Positions 25,482 through 35,531 are shown, counted from the first letter of the stretch. The stretch: DNA of 42,967 bases from Gammaproteobacteria bacterium (GCA_013002925.1 JABDLQ010000274.1:1-42967); one strand, 5' to 3'. Notes: generated from the letters alone by a model not told the origin. Translations and numbers: made by a program.

Positions 25482-27308
25482 ATGTTCGAAGGAATACGCA
25501 ATATCGCGATCATCGCGCACGTTGATCACGGCAAAACCACGCTTGTTGATCAGTTGCTCAAGTGTTCGGGGATGCTGGCTGCACGGGTGGATGTGCCCAG
25601 CCGCGCGCTGGACTCCAGCGACCTGGAAAAAGAGCGCGGGATTACCATTCTCTCCAAGAATACCGCTATCCGGTGGCAAAATTTTCGAATTAACATCGTG
25701 GACACACCGGGCCACGCAGATTTTGGAGGCGAAGTTGAGCGCGTACTGAGTATGGTCGACTCGGTGCTACTGGTTGTCGATGCGGTCGACGGCCCGATGC
25801 CGCAGACGCGGTTTGTCACGATGAAGGCTTTCAGCCATGGCTTGAATCCGATTGTTATTGTAAACAAGGTAGATCGCCCTGGAAGCCGGCCAGACTGGGT
25901 GGTAGAGCAAATATTTGATTTGTTTGATCGTTTGGGCGCTCACGACGAACAACTTGATTTTCCGGTTGTCTATACCTCAGCTCTGCAGGGTACATCGGGG
26001 GTCACCGCAACCGGGCAGGAGGCCGGCATGGATGCTGTGTTTGAAGCCATTACCGAGCATTGCCCGCCACCAGGCGTTAATGAGGATGGTCCGTTTCAGA
26101 TGCAGATCAGTTCGCTGGACTATTCCAGCTATGTGGGTGCAATTGCAATTGGTCGGATTTTTCGTGGCACCGTGCGGCGCAACGATACGGTTGCCGTGGT
26201 CGGCATTGACGGCTCGACGCGGCGTGAAAAAATTTCCCAGATTCTGGGCTTTGAAGGACTCGAACGCGTAGAAATTCAGTCTGCAGCGGCTGGCGACATC
26301 GTGGCGCTGGCTGGCATCGAACGGCCGCGCATATCCGATACCTTGTGCCACCCGGATGCAGCAGAGGCACTGCCTGGTCTAACGGTCGATGAACCGACCA
26401 TCAGCATGGTCTTCGAAACGAACAGCTCACCGTTTGCAGGACTGGAGGGCAAGTTTGTCACCAGCCGACAAATTCGCGAAAGACTGATGCGTGAAACGTT
26501 ACATAACGTCGCACTGCGCGTCGCGGACACCGATGATCCTGAAAAATTTCGTGTCAGCGGTCGCGGCGAACTGCACCTGTCAATTTTGCTGGAAACAATG
26601 CGGCGCGAAGGTTACGAGTTGGCAGTGTCCCGGCCGCGGGTGATCTTTCGCGAAATTGATGGGGTAAGACAGGAGCCGTATGAGCTATTGGCCGTTGATA
26701 TTGAAGAACGTGATCAGGGCGCAGTGATGGAGGCCCTGGGTGAGCGCGGCGGAAAACTGTCCAACATGACACCCGACGGGAATGGCAGAACCAGGCTCGA
26801 TTACAAGATTCCGTCCCGTGGGCTGATTGGGTTTCAAACGCATTTTCGCACGCTCACCAGCGGTAATGGCATGCTCTATCATGTTTTTGATGAATACCGT
26901 GAAGCGCTCAGTCAGCCGGTAGCTCAGCGCCAGGCAGGCGTGCTGATTTCCACGGCAAGAGGCAAGGCGCTGGCATACGCACTGTTTAATCTGCAGGAAC
27001 GCGGACGACTGTTCATTCGGCATGCTGACGAGGTGTACGAAGGGCAGATCGTTGGTCAACACAACCGCGACAATGATTTGCCGGTCAATCCGCTCAAAGG
27101 AAAGCAGCTGACCAACGTCCGTGCTTCAGGCCGTGACGAAAAAATTGTCCTGACCCCGGCGATTGAATTCTCTCTGGAGCAGGCACTCGAATTTATCGAT
27201 GACGATGAACTGGTAGAAATAACTCCGCAACACATTCGATTGCGCAAGCGCTTTTTGAAAGAACATGAGCGCAAGCGTGCCAGCAGGCAAAAAGCCGCTG
27301 ACGCTTAA
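25482..27308 (+). CDS. typA: Translational GTPase TypA/BipA
   Basis: 'RNIAIIAHVDHGKTTLVD', 'EKERGITIL', 'DTPGHADFGGEVER', 'NKVD', 'GRGELHL' and 'KQLTNVRASG'. Confidence 0.98.
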   Translation: MFEGIRNIAIIAHVDHGKTTLVDQLLKCSGMLAARVDVPSRALDSSDLEKERGITILSKNTAIRWQNFRINIVDTPGHADFGGEVERVLSMVDSVLLVVDAVDGPMPQTRFVTMKAFSHGLNPIVIVNKVDRPGSRPDWVVEQIFDLFDRLGAHDEQLDFPVVYTSALQGTSGVTATGQEAGMDAVFEAITEHCPPPGVNEDGPFQMQISSLDYSSYVGAIAIGRIFRGTVRRNDTVAVVGIDGSTRREKISQILGFEGLERVEIQSAAAGDIVALAGIERPRISDTLCHPDAAEALPGLTVDEPTISMVFETNSSPFAGLEGKFVTSRQIRERLMRETLHNVALRVADTDDPEKFRVSGRGELHLSILLETMRREGYELAVSRPRVIFREIDGVRQEPYELLAVDIEERDQGAVMEALGERGGKLSNMTPDGNGRTRLDYKIPSRGLIGFQTHFRTLTSGNGMLYHVFDEYREALSQPVAQRQAGVLISTARGKALAYALFNLQERGRLFIRHADEVYEGQIVGQHNRDNDLPVNPLKGKQLTNVRASGRDEKIVLTPAIEFSLEQALEFIDDDELVEITPQHIRLRKRFLKEHERKRASRQKAADA

Positions 27309-27316
27309 ACTCGTTC

Positions 27317-27913
27317 CTAGTTGCTGGTTCGCCGAGTATCGTCAGGGGCGCGGGGGCGCTGACGAGGGCTGTCCATGTGGCGATAATCGCGAACCCTTGA
27401 CGGTGGTGGTCGGGATACGGGTGCAGGCCTGGCAACCGGTGCAGCGCCACTGGTATTAGTACCTCTCGCTACGGGTGTTCTCGTATTCAAAATGGGTCGT
27501 CCCCGCGAAGAACCGCTGTAGCTATAGGGATAGCGCGCCGAATTGCCCGCAAAGTTGCCATTGATCTGGTAGACCGGGTTTCCCCAACGATCGTAATAAA
27601 GTGGCTCCCGCGATTGTGCTCTTGAGGCTGGCAAGTAACGGATATCGCCGACATAATAACGATTGTTACCGAGCGCTTCATGCGTGTTCATCGTGTACAC
27701 GCGATTGCCATCTGCATCGGTAATCCACTGTTTGCGAAAAATCGACAACGACCCCTGTGTTTGCGCGCTGGCGGAATAATAATCCGTTCCATCATCAACG
27801 AAACTGTCATCAATGGGCACAACGGCGGTCCGGGCAGCGCTGCTTGCGCAGCCGCCAAGAACGGGCAGCGAAACTGCCGTCAGCGCGGTTATCAGCAAAG
27901 CACAATGGCGCAA
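27317..27913 (-). CDS. Hypothetical lipoprotein with Tyr-rich core and Pro/Arg-rich tail
   Basis: Signal peptide with 'LGGC' lipobox; fills the gap between typA and the GGDEF gene. TTG start is uncertain. Confidence 0.65.
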   Translation of the reverse strand: MRHCALLITALTAVSLPVLGGCASSAARTAVVPIDDSFVDDGTDYYSASAQTQGSLSIFRKQWITDADGNRVYTMNTHEALGNNRYYVGDIRYLPASRAQSREPLYYDRWGNPVYQINGNFAGNSARYPYSYSGSSRGRPILNTRTPVARGTNTSGAAPVARPAPVSRPPPSRVRDYRHMDSPRQRPRAPDDTRRTSN

Positions 27914-28037
27914 AATTTTTTCTCCGTTCAGGCAGATAGAGCCAACAATAATTACGACATTATGCGGTACCGACAGTTCATTGTCCGGGGATTTTGAACT
28001 TTCGGAATATGTTAAATCGCAGCAGAGATTAACGACT

Positions 28038-28080
28038 TGTGACGTACGTCACACATTATACCGGATACTGGCGCTAGATT
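28038..28080 (+). promoter_or_regulatory. CRP/Clp-type box (perfect 16-bp palindrome) with class II promoter
   Basis: TGTGA-CGTACG-TCACA at 28038-28053; -10-like TAGATT at 28075-80 gives a centre at -41.5. Confidence 0.7.
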
Positions 28081-28141
28081 TGATTTCGGGATTGGGACAA
28101 TTTTCCCAATCTATCAAAGCATTTCTATTGGCGGTGGTAAT

Positions 28142-29905
28142 GTGTCACATGTAAAAATTAAGAAAAACAAAAGCTTAGCGAAAAGTCATTTGCCACGTCG
28201 GGGTTCCAGAGCGGCTCTGCAGGCGATCAGCGACGGTGTTGTTGTCACTAATGAGCATGGGATGGTCGAATTCCTGAATCCCGCGGCTGAGTTGTTGTCG
28301 GGTTGGCGGACCCAGGATGCTGCCAATCTTCCGGTGGATAAAGTCGTTCATCTGTGTGACGAGAATTCCGGCCAACCCATGGAAGACACCGGCGTCTGGA
28401 AACGTCCTGACATCGCCTGTAACAAGGTCGGGCGTTGCACGTTACAGTCGCGTTCCGGTACTCAGCATCTGATCGACGCCAATGTCTCGCCAGTACTGGA
28501 CGCCGATGGCACCGTAACAGGAACGGTTCTGGTACTGCGGGATTTGAGTCAGGAAACCGGCTTGCTCGAACGACTCGATTACCAGGCAACGCATGATTCG
28601 CGTACCGGGTTGTTAAATCGTTCTGCCTTCGAACAGGCGGTTCGTGAATTGCATATGGACCCTGCCTCAGCGGGTGCAAGAAACGCAATCATTTACATAG
28701 ACGTGGATCAGTTCAAAATAATCAACGACACTTGTGGGCATGTCGCCGGCGATCATTTTCTTGAAGCGTTGTCCGAAAAATTGCAGAGCCGTGTCCGCGA
28801 AAGCGATGTGCTGGCGCGTCTGGGCGGTGACGAGTTTGGCGTGTTGTTGCGTGGCTGTACACGCCGCCATGCGCAAGCCCTGGCGGAACAGATTTGTCAC
28901 CTTGTTGAAGATATGCGTTTTGCCTGGGGTGGTCGCCTGCACCGTCACACGGCCAGCGTGGGAGTGACGGCCATCAGTGAAGATGCCAACGTAGCTTCAG
29001 TTTTGAGTGCCGCAGAAATTGCCTGTTTTACCGCAAAAGATCAGGGTCGAAACAGGGTGCACGTCTATCACAATGAAAATGTGCCTAGTCGGCATGTTGA
29101 AATGCAATGGGTGGCACGCATTTCGAGAGCGCTGGACGAAAACCGGCTCACCGCATTTCATCAACCCATCGTACCACTGGGCGATGACCATTCCCGGGAC
29201 GAGCGGCCGCACTACGAGCTATTGGTGCGCATGACTGATCGGTTCGGGCAAATCATACTGCCAAAATATTTTATTTCTGCAGCCGAACGGTACAACCTGA
29301 TGCCCAGTATCGATCGTTGGATGGTGACCGAAGTATTGTCGCGCCTGGTCTGGAGAAAAGATCTGGGACCCGGCTTCAAACCGTATACGCTGTCCATCAA
29401 TCTGTCGGGTACTTCGCTCAGTGACACCAGCTTTATGAACTTTCTCGAACGCGAGCTGGAACGCTATCCTATCGAGCCGCGCACTTTGTGTTTTGAGATA
29501 ACTGAGACTGCAGCCATCTCCAATATTGCGGACGTTGCCAACGTAATGCGCCGCCTAAAGAGTCGGGGCTGCATGTTTTCGCTGGACGACTTTGGCAGTG
29601 GCTTATCGTCGTTCGCCTATCTCAAAGGCCTGCCAGTCGACCTGATAAAAATTGATGGTGATTTTATCGCCGATATTCTGAACTCGCCGGCCGATACCGC
29701 TTTTGTGGATGCCATCTGTCGGGTCGCAAAAGCCATGAATATACGCACGGTGGCTGAGCACGTTGATTCAACTGAACTTTTGGACGCTTTGAGCGAGCTT
29801 GGCGTTGATTATGCGCAGGGCTATCACATCGCCAAACCGCGTCGGGTACACAATCGGTCAAGTTTTGCGTTGCCGGGCTCGAAAACGCCACTCGAGGCCG
29901 TCTGA
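28142..29905 (+). CDS. PAS-GGDEF-EAL diguanylate cyclase/phosphodiesterase
   Basis: PAS 'ISDGVVVTN...FLNPAAE'; 'RESD-VLARL-GGDEF' with I-site RxxD intact; EAL variant 'YELLVR', 'SINLS', 'FEITET', 'LDDFGSG', 'IKIDG' and 'AQGY'. Confidence 0.95.
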   Translation: MSHVKIKKNKSLAKSHLPRRGSRAALQAISDGVVVTNEHGMVEFLNPAAELLSGWRTQDAANLPVDKVVHLCDENSGQPMEDTGVWKRPDIACNKVGRCTLQSRSGTQHLIDANVSPVLDADGTVTGTVLVLRDLSQETGLLERLDYQATHDSRTGLLNRSAFEQAVRELHMDPASAGARNAIIYIDVDQFKIINDTCGHVAGDHFLEALSEKLQSRVRESDVLARLGGDEFGVLLRGCTRRHAQALAEQICHLVEDMRFAWGGRLHRHTASVGVTAISEDANVASVLSAAEIACFTAKDQGRNRVHVYHNENVPSRHVEMQWVARISRALDENRLTAFHQPIVPLGDDHSRDERPHYELLVRMTDRFGQIILPKYFISAAERYNLMPSIDRWMVTEVLSRLVWRKDLGPGFKPYTLSINLSGTSLSDTSFMNFLERELERYPIEPRTLCFEITETAAISNIADVANVMRRLKSRGCMFSLDDFGSGLSSFAYLKGLPVDLIKIDGDFIADILNSPADTAFVDAICRVAKAMNIRTVAEHVDSTELLDALSELGVDYAQGYHIAKPRRVHNRSSFALPGSKTPLEAV

Positions 29906-30168
29906 TTTACGGTATCCTGCGACAGGCCCAAACGGACTAGGCGTTCGCGGTATCAGGCCGCATTCCCGCCATCTGTTTATCTTCACCGGCCGCCAGCACC
30001 CGGGACTCCGGCCGGCGCAATCCGGACCGCTGCCGGCTATACAGCATGGTACTCGACCCGGAGACTCCTGTGTTAATATACGCCCATAAACCGGTGCAGG
30101 GGCGGCCGTGTCCTGACGCGGGTCATCACACTACGGTAAAGCAAAAACTCGAAACTATCCGGGGAAAT

Positions 30169-30984
30169 ATGGAACAAGCCATCTGGACATCCAATAGCGC
30201 GTTGTTTGACGAACATGATCCGCCGCCGTTTACGATCATGAACCCGGATTCCGATTTGCCGTTATTACTGGTGGCGGACCACGCCAGCAATCGTATTCCC
30301 GCGCGTCTTGGTGATCTGGGTCTCGATCAGGATACTCTGCTACGACACATTGCCTATGACCGGGGCACTGAAGCGCTCACGATGCAAATTGCGGAGCGTG
30401 TCGGCTGTCGAGCCGTTCTGTGTAACTACTCGCGACTGGTGGTGGATTGTAACCGGCATCTGCACGATGGCACGGCGATTCTTGAAGTCAGTGATTTAAC
30501 CCGAATTCCGGGCAACGAAAATCTGTCGGATGCGCAACGCGAAGCGCGTATTGCCGGAATCTATGCGGCCTATCATCAGGCGATCGAGCAGACGCTGAAT
30601 CAATTGCAACAAATAGTAGCGGCGCCTGCATTGCTGGCGGTTCATTCATTTACACCGCGATTAAAAATGGGCGATGCCCGCCCATGGCACGTGGGCGTGC
30701 TGTGGGACAAGGATGAACGTATTGCAACGCGGTTGCTGGCGCATCTGCGCCAGAATCCGGATTTGCATGTCGGAGATAATCAACCCTATTCCGGCAAGCA
30801 TCCGGCTGACTATACGATAGATACCCATGGAGAAGCCCGTGGCTTGCCCTGTGCATCCATTGAGATACGAAAAGATCTGCTGGCCGATGAGGGTATGGTA
30901 GATCAGTGGGCACAGCGGCTGATCGGTTTTGCGCAATCCTTGATTACGGAACCCGAAATATTTGCCGAAATCAGGTCCGAATGA
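30169..30984 (+). CDS. N-formylglutamate amidohydrolase family protein
   Basis: 'ADHASNRIP', 'HIAYDRG', 'SRLVVDCNR', 'VHSFTP' and 'GDNQPYSG'. ATG 30169 follows GGGG; the ORF-track extension from 30046 looks spurious. Confidence 0.88.
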   Translation: MEQAIWTSNSALFDEHDPPPFTIMNPDSDLPLLLVADHASNRIPARLGDLGLDQDTLLRHIAYDRGTEALTMQIAERVGCRAVLCNYSRLVVDCNRHLHDGTAILEVSDLTRIPGNENLSDAQREARIAGIYAAYHQAIEQTLNQLQQIVAAPALLAVHSFTPRLKMGDARPWHVGVLWDKDERIATRLLAHLRQNPDLHVGDNQPYSGKHPADYTIDTHGEARGLPCASIEIRKDLLADEGMVDQWAQRLIGFAQSLITEPEIFAEIRSE

Positions 30985-31013
30985 TTTTTTAAAAAGTAAC
31001 TAAAGGGGCGCCC

Positions 31014-32156
31014 ATGATTAACACTCCGCCATTTACCATTGGCATAGAAGAAGAGTACTTACTCGTCGATAAAGCGACCCGGGATCTTGCCACGGATCCA
31101 CCTGAACAAATGCGCAACGAATGTCAGGAAGCCTGTCCAGGCCAAATCACACCCGAATTTTTGCGTGCGCAGATCGAAATTGGCACCAGGGTCTGCAAAA
31201 ACATCGGTGAAGCACGTGAAGAACTGACTAATTTGCGTGGTTGCGTTGTCGACATTGCTGATCAATACGGGCTGGCACCGATCGCGGCTTCAACACACCC
31301 GTTTGCACACTGGCAGGCGCAAAAACAGACTGACAACCCTCGTTATGATGATCTCAATCGTGATATGCAGGCCTCCGCACGGCGCTTGCTGATTTGCGGC
31401 ATGCATGTCCACGTGGGTCTGGATGACGATGAGTTGCGTGTGGACCTCATGAATCAGTTCACTTATTTTTTGCCGCATTTGCTGGCACTAAGCTGCTCTT
31501 CGCCGTTCTGGGAAGGGGATGATACCGGGCTGCAGTCCTACCGTTTGACAGTGTTTGATGGCATGCCGCGCACTCGTCTGCCGGAGACGTTTTCAAGCTA
31601 TAGTGAGTATCAGCGGCACATCGATATCCTGATCAGTTCAGGCATTATCCAGGACGCAACAAAAATATGGTGGGATGTGCGCCCCAGCGCGCGCTATCCG
31701 ACGCTGGAAATGCGGGTTACGGATGTATGCACTCGTGTCGATGATGCCCTGTGCGTGGCGGCATTGACAGTTTCCATTATGAGCATGTTGTATCGCCTGC
31801 GCTGCGAAAACAAGCGCTGGCGCCAGTATGCACATATGCTGATTCAGGAAAACCGCTGGCGTGCATTGCGTTACGGCGTCGAAAATGGCCTGGTTGACTT
31901 TGGGTGTGGCAAAGTTATTTCTTTTACGGATTTATTCGCTGAAATACTGGAGCTGGTCAGCGAGGACGCGCGCCGATTGGGTTGCCTCAAAGAAGTGATG
32001 CATGCCGTCAAGATCATTCAGATGGGCAATAGTGCAAGGCTGCAACGGCAAGTTTACTATGCGGCGTTAGACAACGGAAAGTCAAAGGAAGATGCGTTGC
32101 GTGACGTTGTTGATTTTTTGGTGGCTGAAACCCGTCGCAAGCCGTCCTCTGAATAG
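31014..32156 (+). CDS. Carboxylate-amine ligase (YbdK / glutamate-cysteine ligase family 2)
   Basis: 'FTIGIEEEY', 'QIEIGT', 'ASTHPF', 'ICGMHVHVG', 'SSPFW' and 'WWDVRPS..YPTLEMRVTD'. Confidence 0.92.
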   Translation: MINTPPFTIGIEEEYLLVDKATRDLATDPPEQMRNECQEACPGQITPEFLRAQIEIGTRVCKNIGEAREELTNLRGCVVDIADQYGLAPIAASTHPFAHWQAQKQTDNPRYDDLNRDMQASARRLLICGMHVHVGLDDDELRVDLMNQFTYFLPHLLALSCSSPFWEGDDTGLQSYRLTVFDGMPRTRLPETFSSYSEYQRHIDILISSGIIQDATKIWWDVRPSARYPTLEMRVTDVCTRVDDALCVAALTVSIMSMLYRLRCENKRWRQYAHMLIQENRWRALRYGVENGLVDFGCGKVISFTDLFAEILELVSEDARRLGCLKEVMHAVKIIQMGNSARLQRQVYYAALDNGKSKEDALRDVVDFLVAETRRKPSSE

Positions 32157-32179
32157 ATGTGAGCCTGGTGCGGTGACAG

Positions 32180-33166
32180 ATGATTGACGACCGGCGCATC
32201 AGCGTTGCGCCCATGATGAACTGGACCGATCGCCATTGCCGATATTTTCATCGCCTGCTGCACCCGCAGGCATGTTTATTTACGGAAATGATCCACGCGA
32301 ATGCCGTGATCAATGGTGATCGTGATTATCTGCTGGGTTTCAATGATGCTGAACATCCGGTGGTTGTCCAGCTCGGCGGTAATCATCCGGCAACGCTTGC
32401 GCGTGCCGCGGTCATTTGTGCTGAACATGGCTACGACGAGATCAATCTCAATATCGGTTGTCCCAGCGAGCGCGTGCAAATCGGTGACTTTGGCGCATGT
32501 CTGATGGCGCAACCGCAATTGGTTGGTGAGTGCATCGCCGCAATGAAAGCTGCTGTAAACGTGCCGGTGTCGGTGAAAACACGTATCGGCATTGACGCGC
32601 ATGATTCTTATGATTTCTTGCATACTTTTATTGCGGAGGTAGTTGCAGCGGGTGCAGATGTAATCGTAGTGCATGCGCGGATTGCTATCCTGTCCGGGCT
32701 TAGCCCGAAACAAAACCGCGAAGTGCCGCCTCTGAACTATTCAAGGGTGGCCCGGATTGTCGCTGAGTTTCCCGATGTTCCGGTGATTCTGAATGGCGGT
32801 ATATGCGGTCTGGGTCAGATCAAAGAGGCGCTGGAGACTTATGTGGGCGTAATGCTCGGACGTGCTGCGTACCACAACCCCTGGTTGCTGGCCCAAATTG
32901 CCGCGCAGTGGCAGATTCAGAAGACACCACCAGATCGGGAGACTGCGGTCAGGCAGTTTATTCCCTATATGAGGCAACAGTGTGAAGCAGGAGTGCCGTT
33001 ACACAAAATGACTCGCCATATACTTGGCTTGTATCAGGGGCAGCGCGGGGCCCGCGCCTGGCGACGCCACCTGAGCGAAAACAGCCATCGCTCAAAGGCT
33101 GATGTCAGTGTGGTGGAAGCTGCCATGTCGCTAGTGGACCACGGTTCTGTAATCACGTATAAGTAG
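32180..33166 (+). CDS. dusA: tRNA dihydrouridine(20/20a) synthase DusA
   Basis: 'SVAPMMNWTDRHCRY', 'QLGG', 'INLNIGCPSERVQ..FGACLM' and 'GLSPKQNREVPPL'. Confidence 0.95.
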   Translation: MIDDRRISVAPMMNWTDRHCRYFHRLLHPQACLFTEMIHANAVINGDRDYLLGFNDAEHPVVVQLGGNHPATLARAAVICAEHGYDEINLNIGCPSERVQIGDFGACLMAQPQLVGECIAAMKAAVNVPVSVKTRIGIDAHDSYDFLHTFIAEVVAAGADVIVVHARIAILSGLSPKQNREVPPLNYSRVARIVAEFPDVPVILNGGICGLGQIKEALETYVGVMLGRAAYHNPWLLAQIAAQWQIQKTPPDRETAVRQFIPYMRQQCEAGVPLHKMTRHILGLYQGQRGARAWRRHLSENSHRSKADVSVVEAAMSLVDHGSVITYK

Positions 33167-33201
33167 CACTTCGTCAGCGCACGCGGGGAAGGAAAAAACA
33201 G

Positions 33202-34044
33202 ATGTCAAAACCTGAAAAAGCACAAAAACAACGCAAACGGAAGGGTCTGCCACCCATGGCAGATGTTGCGGATCGACATCAGCTTTATGAAATGTCCGTG
33301 CAGAGTGTTGAGACTGAAGTAGAGTTTCTGGGCGATACCTACCGGTCCGTGCGTGGCCGTCCGGCAATCTCGTTGCGTGAAGATTTTTGTGGAACGGCTG
33401 CAGCAGCTTGCGAATGGATCAAAGTCAATCCGGAGCATACAGCGATCGGGATTGACATTGATGGTGAGGTGCTTGAATGGGGACTGAATCATCATATTGC
33501 AAAGCTTGACGACGCAGGGCGCGCGCGCTTGCGCATCGTCGAGGACGATGTTCTGCATGCAGAGGTCGAGCCGGTTGATATTTTAACGGCGTTTAATTTC
33601 AGTTACTGGATTTTTAAAACCCGCGATTCACTGCGTAACTACTTTGCTATCGCACGCGATGGGCTGAAAGATGATGGTCTGTTTTTTATCGACGCATTTG
33701 GTGGTTCCGAAGCACATGATGTAATGGAAGAAGAAACCGAACATGACGGTTTCACTTACATCTGGCAACAGGGAAGTTTTGATCCGATAACACACGATCT
33801 GAGTTGTTATATTCATTTTGAGTTTCCTGACGGTTCGCGTCTCAAACGCGCCTTTAGCTATCACTGGCGCCTATGGATGCTGCCCGAACTTCAGGAGTTG
33901 CTAACGGAGGCCGGGTTCTCCAACGTCACTGTATACTGGCAACAGGAAGATGACGATGATGATGAGGAAGAAGGCGATTTTGAACCCGCGACCCGCGGGG
34001 AGCCGGACCCGGCCTGGATAGCGTATATTGTCGCGGAAAAATAG
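33202..34044 (+). CDS. Class I SAM-dependent methyltransferase
   Basis: 'LREDFCGT', 'IGIDID', 'AFNFSY' and 'LKDDGLFFID', with terminal 'LTEAGF'. Confidence 0.85.
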   Translation: MSKPEKAQKQRKRKGLPPMADVADRHQLYEMSVQSVETEVEFLGDTYRSVRGRPAISLREDFCGTAAAACEWIKVNPEHTAIGIDIDGEVLEWGLNHHIAKLDDAGRARLRIVEDDVLHAEVEPVDILTAFNFSYWIFKTRDSLRNYFAIARDGLKDDGLFFIDAFGGSEAHDVMEEETEHDGFTYIWQQGSFDPITHDLSCYIHFEFPDGSRLKRAFSYHWRLWMLPELQELLTEAGFSNVTVYWQQEDDDDDEEEGDFEPATRGEPDPAWIAYIVAEK

Positions 34045-34173
34045 TTTTGGTCGTCAGTGCCCTGGAAACGTGGTGAATGTATACCCCGCAACGTGTGCGG
34101 GCTATAATCTCGACACTGATACGCGGTAAAACACACCAATAAGCTGGGTCATGCAGGGCTTCATGGTAATGGA

Positions 34174-35070
34174 ATGGTAAACCACGCAGAACTTGCAATA
34201 TTGTTTGCTGATGTTGTTGGCAGCACCAAGCTCTACGAGCTAATGGGTGACGCCAAGGCACGCGTCACTGTGCAAAACTGTATAGACCTGATGACTCGTG
34301 CAACAGAGGAAAACTCGGGTAACGTCATCAAGACCATGGGTGACGAAGTTATGTGCACATTTCCAACGGTCGACAACGCGGTCGAGGCGGCCGCTCAGAT
34401 GCAGCAAATGATCAGTGAAGATCTCAGTGTCGACGATGTACCGGTTGCGATTCGTGTAGGGTTTCATTTTGGCCCGGTGATGCTCGAGGATGACGATGTG
34501 TTTGGCGGGGCTGTGCATACCGCTAATCGAATGACCAGTCAGGCAAAAGCCGCGCAAATTATCACGACTGCAATTGCCGTCGGAAAAATGTCTTCTGACT
34601 GGCAGTCCTGGACACGGCAAATTGATCTGGCGACCGTAAAAGGTGTCAAGGATGAAATTGCGTTGTTTGAGGTGTTGTGGCAGCGGGAAGACAACACCCG
34701 CATGTTGCCAACCATAAACTGGAGTCAGGCAACTGATGTGCGTAATCAGCGGCTGCGCCTGACCTATCGGGGCCAGGAAGTAGTGGTTGACAATGTTCGT
34801 CCCTACGTCAGTATTGGCCGAGCGGAAGACAGCGATATCGTTGTCAAAGATACGTTAATTTCGCGATTGCATGCACGTATCGAATTTGTACGGGGAAAAT
34901 TTGTCCTGTATGACGAAAGCACGAATGGAACGTGCGTAAAACAAGACTCCGGCGAAGAGCAATTTGTGCGGCGTGACAGCTTGCAAATCACGGGTGCTGG
35001 CTCTATCGGCCTGGGGCGTGTGCCACAGCCTAATTCACCGCAGGCAATACAATTCAATTATGAAGAATAG
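34174..35070 (+). CDS. Class III adenylate/guanylate cyclase with C-terminal FHA domain
   Basis: 'LFADVVGST', 'IKTMGD', 'RVGFHFG', 'DVFGGAVHTANR'; FHA 'IGR...SRLHA...STNGT'. Confidence 0.92.
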   Translation: MVNHAELAILFADVVGSTKLYELMGDAKARVTVQNCIDLMTRATEENSGNVIKTMGDEVMCTFPTVDNAVEAAAQMQQMISEDLSVDDVPVAIRVGFHFGPVMLEDDDVFGGAVHTANRMTSQAKAAQIITTAIAVGKMSSDWQSWTRQIDLATVKGVKDEIALFEVLWQREDNTRMLPTINWSQATDVRNQRLRLTYRGQEVVVDNVRPYVSIGRAEDSDIVVKDTLISRLHARIEFVRGKFVLYDESTNGTCVKQDSGEEQFVRRDSLQITGAGSIGLGRVPQPNSPQAIQFNYEE

Positions 35071-35531
35071 CGACGCAGGGGGATCGTCATCCTCCGGCAT
35101 CGTCAGACAGTTTCCTGATTGCATGTTAACCGTCCTTTAACGATTTTATCAGGAGCTCTTCAATAGACCTCCGATAATCGCCACCAGCTTCTGTTCCTGC
35201 GCGCTATTTGAACGGGTCGGATGAAGAGGTTTGGCAAGAGGTCAGGAGTCAATTTCGTGCTTGCCGATGTCTTTATCTTCACCCGAGCCGACACCAACCC
35301 ACGGACAACGTCCGATCTCATCGAAAATGACAGACAGATGCCGGTTCACAAACCGGCCAATGCTTGCACTACGGTGATTATTCTCAGGGCGCCCCGAACG
35401 AGACCGTGAAAAAATTATCGGACGGATTTCATAAAATGCGACCTGAAGGTGCGGTCGCAAGAAGAGGGAATGTTCGCCGCAAATCATTGCGCCTGAGAGA
35501 GAAGGGGGTATTACTTTTGCAGGTTCCAGAT

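Noticed and set aside
33946-33972. GAT/GAA trinucleotide run in the methyltransferase
   Set aside because: Encodes an acidic loop (EDDDDDEEE) and is imperfect, so there is no evidence of a contingency locus.
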